From: an uncultured Dehalococcoidia bacterium
GTDB taxonomy: Bacteria > Chloroflexota > Dehalococcoidia > Lucifugimonadales > Australimonadaceae
Length of the DNA: 64,000 nucleotides
Direction of reading: 5' to 3'
Assembly (NCBI GenBank): GCA_964560025.1
Contig: CAZLKC010000005.1
Location: forward strand, 41,102 to 105,101
Shown here: positions 57,642-64,000 of the stretch, piece by piece
Layout of the letters: each line of letters begins with the position of its first letter
Position numbering within the stretch: the first letter of the stretch is position 1
Made by a program: the position numbers and the translations under genes
The notes under the pieces: model-generated
Seen by the model: only the letters and a program-made list of their open reading frames with translations
Databases searched by the model: none
Told to the model about the DNA's origin: nothing

Positions 57642-60215
57642 ATGTACGCCGCCATCCTGCTATGGCTGGTGCTGCTGGAGGCGCTGAGCCTCGTCGTCTT
57701 TCCTCTGGCCTACCGCGCCTTCGGCTCGCTGCCCGGCCGCGGCTATGCGTTCGCCAAGCCGTTGTCGCTATTGCTCGTCGCGTTCGTGGCGTGGCTCGCC
57801 GCGTTCTCCACTTTCATCCCTAATTCACGATGGTCGGTGCTGCTTGCGATCGTCGTGGCGGCTGCGCTGTCGTGGCTGGCGGCGCGGCGCTTGGGCGGCG
57901 AGATGCTGGCGTTCTTCCGCAAGGAGCGCTGGCTCGTGCTCACGACGGAGGCGGTGTTCATCGGCGTCTTCTTGGCGTTCGCCTTCTACCGCGCGACGAC
58001 GCCGGAGATATCGCACACCGAGCAGCCGATGGACTTTATGTTCCTCAACGCCGTCGTCACCAGCCCTTCCTTCCCGCCGAGCGACCCGTGGTTGGCGGGC
58101 GAGGCGGTGTCTTACTACTACTTCGGTTACTGGATGGTCGGCGCGTTGACGCTGCTGTCCGGCCTGGCCACGCCCGTTGCCTACAACCTCGGCTTGGCGA
58201 CGGCGGCGGCGATGGCGGCGGCGGCGGTCTACGGCGTGGTGGTTGCGCTCGTGCTGCGCGGGGGAGGTTCGCGAGCGGCGGCGGCGGCGGCCGGGCTTGG
58301 GGGCGTCTTCCTGCTTTTGTTCGCGAGCAACCTGGGCGGGGCGCTGCACCTCGCGCAGGCGGCGGGCGGAGGGTCGGCCTCATTCTGGACGTGGCTCGGC
58401 GTCGAGAGCCTGCCGCCGGGGGTGGAGGCGAGCGCCGATTGGCGCCCGTCGCGCTTCTGGTGGTGGTTCGGCGCGAGCCGCATCGTGCCGAACGCCATCA
58501 ACGAGTTCCCCGCCTTCAGCTTCGTCCTGGGCGACCTCCATCCGCACGTTATGTCCATCGGCTTCCTGCTGCTTGCGCTGGCGGCGGCGCTGGGCCTGTA
58601 CGCGACGCCCGACCTGCTCGGCGGCCGCGAGGCGCTGCGGCGGCAGTGGCCGTTGCTGCTCGCGGCGGCGCTCTCGCTCGGCGCGTTGGCGGCGGTGAAC
58701 CTGTGGGACTTGCCGACGGGCGTGGCGCTGATAGCCGGGGCGGCGCTGCTGAACGCGGCGCGCCACGGGCGCCGCCACCGCTTGCGTCTGTCGCGCGCCG
58801 TCGCCCTCGCCGTCGGATTGACCGCCGGAGCGCTGCTGTGCTTCACGCTCTTCTTCGTCTGGTTCGAATCGACGGCGGACGGCGTGCTGCCGCTGCGCCA
58901 ACTGCTGACGCGTCCGCCGCACCTGGTGTTGCTGTGGGGCGCCGCGGGTCTCTTGTTCCTGCTGCTGCTTCTATCGGCGGCGCCGCACGCGATGAGCGCG
59001 CCGGGCGCCCGCGCGATACGCTACGGCGTAACGGCCTACGTAGGGCTTGCGCCGGTGATTCTGTGGTTCCAGCCCGTCTGGGGGCCGTTGGTCTACGTCG
59101 CCATCGCCATATTAGGCACGCTCCTCGGCCTGTTCGTGCTGCGCCGGGCAGGGGTGAGGATACTTGCGCCGGACGAGACGAACACGACGGGCACGGGCAC
59201 GGGCTTGACCTTCTACATCGGCGTCGCGGCCTTGCTGGGGCTCCTCATCTACGACGGCGTAGTGAACGGGGCGCGCGACGCGGAAGGCAACATCATCGTC
59301 GTCGACCGGCTGATGATCACGCTGCCGATGGCCGCCGTGGTCGTCTTCGCTATGTTCGCCGCGTGGTCGCTGGCGCACCGCGACGGCATAACGTGGCAAC
59401 CGCGCTGGGAGGGCGTCGTCCCGGCGCTGGCCGTCGGCGCGATAGCCGTGGCGCTCATTATGGGCGCGGAGCTGTTCCACGTCGTGGACTTCTTCGGCGG
59501 CGACCTCCGCCGTATGAACACGATGTTCAAGCTCCACTACCAGGCGTGGACGCTGCTTGCGGTCGTCGGCGGATTCGCCTTGTGGCACGTAACCACGCGC
59601 CTCGACCTGACCCGCCTGCGCGGACGCGCGGGTATGGCGTGCTGGGCGGCGGCGCTGATGCTCGGTCTGGGCGCGCTCGCCTACTATCCTCTAGCCGCTA
59701 TGACCGACCGCGCCAGCCCCGATTCGCCGATGCGCCTCGATGGACAGGCCGGCCTCGCCCAATCGTCGCCGGAGGAGTGGGCGGCCATCCAATGGGTGCG
59801 CGAGAACCTGCCGCGCGACGCCGTGCTCCTCGAGGCCGCCGAGATCCCCTGCGCCGATGCCTCGGGCGGATGCAGCGACTGGACGCCCGTCGGCAGGGTG
59901 GCGGGCAGCACGGGGCGGGCGACGCTCCTCGGCTGGGAGCAGCACGAACTCCAATGGCGCGCGTCGGGCGCGTCCGTCTCAGGGCGGCGCGGCGACGTGC
60001 GTGCCATCTACGAGGCGCAAGACTCGGCGGAGGCCGGGGCGCTGCTCGCGCGCTACGGCGTGGACTACGTGTACGTCGGCCAGCGCGAGCGTCGCGCCTA
60101 CGGCGAGGGCGGCTCGGCCAAGTTCGCGCAGTTGGGCAACGCCGTCTACACGACGGGCGACGGCAGCCGCGCGGTAACCATCTACCGCGTCGGCGCGGGG
60201 GCCGGCGCGCGATGA
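57642..60215 (+). CDS. Chlor_Arch_YYY / DUF2298 family large membrane protein
   Basis: SYYYFGYW (the YYYxG motif) and about 850 aa of strongly hydrophobic sequence. Confidence 0.85.
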   Translation: MYAAILLWLVLLEALSLVVFPLAYRAFGSLPGRGYAFAKPLSLLLVAFVAWLAAFSTFIPNSRWSVLLAIVVAAALSWLAARRLGGEMLAFFRKERWLVLTTEAVFIGVFLAFAFYRATTPEISHTEQPMDFMFLNAVVTSPSFPPSDPWLAGEAVSYYYFGYWMVGALTLLSGLATPVAYNLGLATAAAMAAAAVYGVVVALVLRGGGSRAAAAAAGLGGVFLLLFASNLGGALHLAQAAGGGSASFWTWLGVESLPPGVEASADWRPSRFWWWFGASRIVPNAINEFPAFSFVLGDLHPHVMSIGFLLLALAAALGLYATPDLLGGREALRRQWPLLLAAALSLGALAAVNLWDLPTGVALIAGAALLNAARHGRRHRLRLSRAVALAVGLTAGALLCFTLFFVWFESTADGVLPLRQLLTRPPHLVLLWGAAGLLFLLLLLSAAPHAMSAPGARAIRYGVTAYVGLAPVILWFQPVWGPLVYVAIAILGTLLGLFVLRRAGVRILAPDETNTTGTGTGLTFYIGVAALLGLLIYDGVVNGARDAEGNIIVVDRLMITLPMAAVVVFAMFAAWSLAHRDGITWQPRWEGVVPALAVGAIAVALIMGAELFHVVDFFGGDLRRMNTMFKLHYQAWTLLAVVGGFALWHVTTRLDLTRLRGRAGMACWAAALMLGLGALAYYPLAAMTDRASPDSPMRLDGQAGLAQSSPEEWAAIQWVRENLPRDAVLLEAAEIPCADASGGCSDWTPVGRVAGSTGRATLLGWEQHELQWRASGASVSGRRGDVRAIYEAQDSAEAGALLARYGVDYVYVGQRERRAYGEGGSAKFAQLGNAVYTTGDGSRAVTIYRVGAGAGAR

Positions 60216-62452
60216 GCGGCGGCGCAACAGCGCGAGGCCGGGCCGGGCGGACGTGGGCGGCTCTGCGCGCGCAGGTCGCTGCGTTGAGCGCGTGGGCGCG
60301 CGCCAATCGCACGGACGCGGCCTTGCTCGCCCTGCTTGCGGCGCTGGCGCTCGGGACGCGCTTGTGGGACGTGGGCGGGCGCACGCTGCACTACGACGAA
60401 ATCCTGCACGCGTGGTACGCGTGGATCTTCAGCGAGGGCGGCGGCTACTCCCACACGCCGCTGACGCACGGGCCGTTCCTGTTCCACGCGGCGGCGGCGA
60501 CCTACTGGGTTATCGGAACGAGCGACGTCGCCGCGCGGCTGCTCCCCGCCCTCTTCGGCGCGGCGCTGGTGCCGATGCCCTACCTGCTGCGCAACGAACT
60601 GGGGCGCGTGGGCGCGCTCGCCGCCTCGGCGCTGCTGCTCATCTCGCCGACGATGCTCTACTTCGGCCGGTTCGTCCGCAACGACGTCTATATGGCGGTA
60701 TGGGCGCTGGCCATCGTCATCCTGATCTACCGCTACGCCGAGCGCCCGCGCCCGTGGATGCTCTTCGCGTGGGCGGCGCTGTGGGCGTTCGCCTTCACCA
60801 CCAAGGAGACGACCTACTTCCTCGCGGGCATCGTGGGGCTGGCGCTGTTTGCGATGTCGTGGCGCGGCTTCTGGGCGTGGGCCAAGGGCGAGCGCAAGCT
60901 CGCCGCGCTGCCCCCGGCGGGGACGCTGCTGCTGGTGCTGGCGACGCTGTCGGCGCCGCTGTTCGCTCCGGCAGCGGGGCTGGCGCAGGATTGGGCGGGC
61001 ATCGTGTTGGTCAATCCCGATCCGAACCACCCCGGCGTGATAGGCGGCAGCGTCGTCCGCGCCGACGCGGAGACGGGCGCGCCGGTGAGCGGGGCGCTCT
61101 ACATCGCGGTGGTCTTAGTGGCGATGCTCGCCGCGCTGTCCATAACGCTCGGCTTGCTGTGGAACCGGCGGCTATGGCCGCGGCTGGCGCTCACCTTCGG
61201 CGGCTTGTGGCTCGTGCTCTTCACGAGCGTCTTCACCAACTGGCAAGGCTTCTTCACCGGGCTCTGGGGCTCGCTCGGCTACTGGATGGCGCAGCAGCCC
61301 GTGGGTAGGGCAGGGCAGCCGTGGCACTACTACTTCCTCGGCCTCTCCACCTACGAGTTCCTGATCGCCGCGCTTGCCCTGGCGGGCGGCGCGTACCTGC
61401 TCTTCCGGGGCAAGCCGTTCGACCGATTCATCCTCTTCTGGGCGGCGGCGACGCTCGGCGCGGGCATCTACGCGGGCGAGAAGATGCCCTGGCTGCTGAT
61501 GGGCATAACGCTGCCGTTGGCCATCATCGCCGGGCGCGCCGTCGGCCTGCTTCTCGGAGCGGCGCTGCGCCACCCTGCGCTCGAGGCGGAGGGCGGCGAG
61601 CGCCTCCTAGCGCGACTAGCCAGGCGGTTGAAGGGCGACGCCGCACGAACGGTATGGGCGGGCGTCGGCGGACTGGCGATAGCGAGTATGGGCGCCTACG
61701 CCGTCGTGCGCGTTGCGCGCGACGAGGCGTTCGCGTCGAGCGAGCGATTCTGGGTTCCCGTCGTCCTCGCGCTGCTTGGCGCGGTCGTTCTGGCGCTGAC
61801 GTCGCGCAAGGAGTGGCGCAAGCCCGCCTTGGCGGCGGCGGCGCTGGGCGTGGTCGTCTGCCTTACGGGGATGACCGTGCTGGTGAGCGCGCGCGCCGCC
61901 TACTCCTACGCGGGCTACGAGCGCCCGACGGAATTGCTGGTCTACTCGCAGACGGGGCAGGAGACGACCTACGCCGCCGAGTGCATCGCCAAACTGGCCG
62001 AGCGCAGCGGGTTGGGACGCGAAGGGCTGCGGGTGGTGAGCGGCGAGTCGGACAACTTCGCGTGGCAGTGGCGCTGGTACCTGCGCGACTACCACAACGT
62101 GACCTACCGCAACCTGGGCGCCGACCCGCCCGACGCGCCGCTCGAAGCCGACGTGGTGCTGGCGAGCCGGGGCGTCGCCTCCGCCGCGTCGCCGTTCCTT
62201 GCGGGATTCACGGAGGTCGGGAGGCTCAACCACCTGTGGTGGTTCCCGAACGCCTCCTACCGCGACCTGACGCTCGGCGGGATGGCGCGCGGGATAACGG
62301 AGCGGGAGGGTTGGCGGGTGAGCGTTGACTACTTCTTCGCGCGGGGGTTCGACAGCGCGATGCAGCGCTCGCAGGGGGCGGTGTACGTAGCGGACGGCCT
62401 CGCGCATATGGCCCAAGCCTGCACGCGGCTGCGGGCGGCTAGCGAGGGCTAG
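60212..62452 (+). CDS. TIGR03663-family membrane protein (GT39/PMT-like glycosyltransferase fold)
   Basis: LHYDEILHAW (DE) and THGPFLFH (HGP), the family hallmarks as I recall them. It forms an ATGA overlap with the YYY gene. The 1540-aa track ORF is over-extended. Confidence 0.85.
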   Translation: MSGGATARGRAGRTWAALRAQVAALSAWARANRTDAALLALLAALALGTRLWDVGGRTLHYDEILHAWYAWIFSEGGGYSHTPLTHGPFLFHAAAATYWVIGTSDVAARLLPALFGAALVPMPYLLRNELGRVGALAASALLLISPTMLYFGRFVRNDVYMAVWALAIVILIYRYAERPRPWMLFAWAALWAFAFTTKETTYFLAGIVGLALFAMSWRGFWAWAKGERKLAALPPAGTLLLVLATLSAPLFAPAAGLAQDWAGIVLVNPDPNHPGVIGGSVVRADAETGAPVSGALYIAVVLVAMLAALSITLGLLWNRRLWPRLALTFGGLWLVLFTSVFTNWQGFFTGLWGSLGYWMAQQPVGRAGQPWHYYFLGLSTYEFLIAALALAGGAYLLFRGKPFDRFILFWAAATLGAGIYAGEKMPWLLMGITLPLAIIAGRAVGLLLGAALRHPALEAEGGERLLARLARRLKGDAARTVWAGVGGLAIASMGAYAVVRVARDEAFASSERFWVPVVLALLGAVVLALTSRKEWRKPALAAAALGVVVCLTGMTVLVSARAAYSYAGYERPTELLVYSQTGQETTYAAECIAKLAERSGLGREGLRVVSGESDNFAWQWRWYLRDYHNVTYRNLGADPPDAPLEADVVLASRGVASAASPFLAGFTEVGRLNHLWWFPNASYRDLTLGGMARGITEREGWRVSVDYFFARGFDSAMQRSQGAVYVADGLAHMAQACTRLRAASEG

Positions 62453-62472
62453 GCGGCTATACTTGCTCCTCC

Positions 62473-63573
62473 ATGACGGCCACGCGCAGCAGAGGCTTGA
62501 TGGCGACGCCGCGCTTCTGGCTCGGCGTGGCGGTCACCGCCGTCTTCGTCGGGTTGCTGCTCGCGCAGTTGGACTACGGGGAGATGGTGGACGCGCTGGC
62601 GCGCGCCAACTACGTCTTCCTGATTCCCGCCGTCGTCGTCTACTTCTTCTCCTTCGCGCTGCGCTCCTTGCGGTGGCGCTTCCTGCTGCGCCCCTTCCAC
62701 CCTGCGGCGCGCGCAACGCGCCTCTACCCCGTCATCCTCATCGGCTACATGGCGAACAACCTGCTGCCGATGCGGTTGGGCGAACTGGTGCGCAGCTACT
62801 TCCTCTCCACCCGTGAACCAGTGCGCGGCTCGACCGCGTTCGCCACCATCGTCGCCGAGCGCGTGTTCGACGGCTTCACGCTGCTGATTCTGCTTGCCGT
62901 AGCGGTGGCCTACCTCTCCGTCGGTGACTTGCTGGCTTTCGCGTCCGACGCGCTGAGGTTGCCCAAAGCGCTCATCGCCGTAACCTTCACCATCCCTTAC
63001 TTAGTGAGCATCGGCTTGATCGTGCTGGTCTCGCTGGCGCCGGACAAGGCCAAGCGGCTGGCGCGCTCCGCAACGAATCTCCTCCCCGCGCGCGTCTCCG
63101 AGCGCGCCTACGACCTGATCGAGCGCTTCATCAACGGGTTCGAGGGGTTGCACCGCCCCACGCGGTTGCTGGGGCTGCTGCTGCTGTCGCTGCCCGTCTG
63201 GTTCGCAGAGTTGGCGGTGTACTACATCGTCGCGCTGGGATTCGGCCTGCAAGACCACTTCGACTCGCTGGCGGCGATGTTCGCGGCGCTCGCGCTGATG
63301 GCCGCGATGTCCAACCTCGCCACTGCGCTGCCGTCGTCGCAAGGCGCGGTCGGCCCGTTCGAGTTCTTCGCCGTGCTTTCGTTGGAGGCGCTCGGCGTCG
63401 GCGTGGGACTTGCGACGGCCTACGCCGTCGTGCTGCACTTCGCCGTGCTGCTGCCGCCCATCGCCGTCGGCCTCGGCTACCTGGCCATGCACGGCATCGC
63501 GTTCGGCCAACTGACCGGGCGGCGCCGGGCAGTGGAGGAGAGCGCGGCTGCGGAGGAGGAACGAACGCGATGA
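62473..63573 (+). CDS. UPF0104 / lysylphosphatidylglycerol-synthase-TM-region family membrane protein (flippase-like)
   Basis: …ALRSLRWRFLL…GYMANNLLPMRLGELVRSY…. Confidence 0.85.
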   Translation: MTATRSRGLMATPRFWLGVAVTAVFVGLLLAQLDYGEMVDALARANYVFLIPAVVVYFFSFALRSLRWRFLLRPFHPAARATRLYPVILIGYMANNLLPMRLGELVRSYFLSTREPVRGSTAFATIVAERVFDGFTLLILLAVAVAYLSVGDLLAFASDALRLPKALIAVTFTIPYLVSIGLIVLVSLAPDKAKRLARSATNLLPARVSERAYDLIERFINGFEGLHRPTRLLGLLLLSLPVWFAELAVYYIVALGFGLQDHFDSLAAMFAALALMAAMSNLATALPSSQGAVGPFEFFAVLSLEALGVGVGLATAYAVVLHFAVLLPPIAVGLGYLAMHGIAFGQLTGRRRAVEESAAAEEERTR

Positions 63574-64000
63574 AGGTCGGCGTCATCGGCGCGGGCGCGG
63601 CGGGCCTGGCGGCCGCCTACGAACTCGGCCTCCACGGCCACGAGTGCGACGTGTTCGAGGCCGCGCCCTTCCTCGGCGGCCAGGCGTCCACCTTCAAGGT
63701 CGGCGGCACTCCCATCGAGCGCGGCTACCACCACCTTTTCCGCAGCGACACGTCGATGGTGCAGTTGATGGAAGAGTTGGGCATCGGCGACCGCTTGAAG
63801 TGGATCGACTCCAACGTTGGCTACTTCGCCGAGGGGCGCGTCTGGCGCTTCACCAGCCCGTTCGACCTGCTGCGCTTCGGGCCGCTCAATCCGCTCGACC
63901 GCGTGCGGCTGGGCCTGCTCACGCTCTCGCTCCAACGGCGCAAGGAGTGGCGCTCGCTCGAACGCCAAACGGCGGCGGAGTGGCTCCTCGAGCATGCGGG
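63570..64000 (+). CDS. FAD/NAD(P)-binding amine-oxidase/phytoene-desaturase-like oxidoreductase, N-terminal part (runs off the right edge)
   Basis: MKVGVIGAGAAGLAAAYEL…FEAAPFLGG dinucleotide-binding motif. It forms an ATGA overlap with the upstream gene. Confidence 0.8.
   Translation, partial: MKVGVIGAGAAGLAAAYELGLHGHECDVFEAAPFLGGQASTFKVGGTPIERGYHHLFRSDTSMVQLMEELGIGDRLKWIDSNVGYFAEGRVWRFTSPFDLLRFGPLNPLDRVRLGLLTLSLQRRKEWRSLERQTAAEWLLEHA

Noticed and set aside
57830-60211. N-terminal 790 aa of the 1540-aa ORF 57830..62452
   Set aside because: This part overlaps the YYY membrane-protein gene in another frame and is Arg/Gly/Ala-rich nonsense. The real gene starts at ATG 60212 (ATGA coupling), where hydrophobic PMT-like sequence begins.

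Overview
High-GC (roughly 70%) chromosomal segment. It looks Chloroflexi-like because it carries the Chlor_Arch_YYY / TIGR03663 gene pair.

Most of it is housekeeping and catabolic genes, tightly packed and often translationally coupled through ATGA/GTGA overlaps:
- a hopanoid side-chain cluster (hpnA-like, hpnG, hpnH, polyprenyl synthase);
- peptidases, proC, yggT and pdxA;
- nrdR-nrdJ;
- a long nitrogen-compound catabolic stretch (hydantoinase, GGT, amidase, carbamoylase, M20 hydrolases, aminotransferase, Ldh_2 dehydrogenase, cytochrome c);
- three paralogous Rieske oxygenases with a QueC-like protein, an SDR and a SAM methyltransferase;
- type II glutamine synthetase, a CDC48-like AAA ATPase, tkt, ligA, pth and ftsY;
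- a membrane-protein cluster (YYY/DUF2298, TIGR03663, UPF0104, FAD oxidoreductase).

Two tRNAs (Arg-TCG, His-GTG) abut a visibly lower-GC islet. The islet holds an Mrr type IV restriction enzyme and an unusual operon in which a 302-aa winged-helix-like / PD-(D/E)xK-like protein is coupled to a VapC-type PIN nuclease. This operon is my top candidate for an undescribed toxin-antitoxin or defence module.

Other notable calls:
- a GrdB-family gene that the ORF track splits at an in-frame TGA followed by a SECIS-like hairpin (probable selenoprotein);
- a DNA methyltransferase / Mrr-like nuclease fusion broken by an in-frame TAG;
- an NTP-transferase / CDP-alcohol phosphatidyltransferase pair that looks like one bifunctional gene split by a 1-nt frameshift;
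- a decayed hicA next to an intact hicB;
- a helically phased GGGAC iteron-like array in an otherwise empty 510-bp intergenic region;
- two kinds of REP-like palindromes.

No CRISPR array, rRNA, integrase or transposase was seen. Many long ORFs in the track are antisense or out-of-frame artefacts of the high GC content. All functional calls rest on motif recognition by eye; no searches were run.
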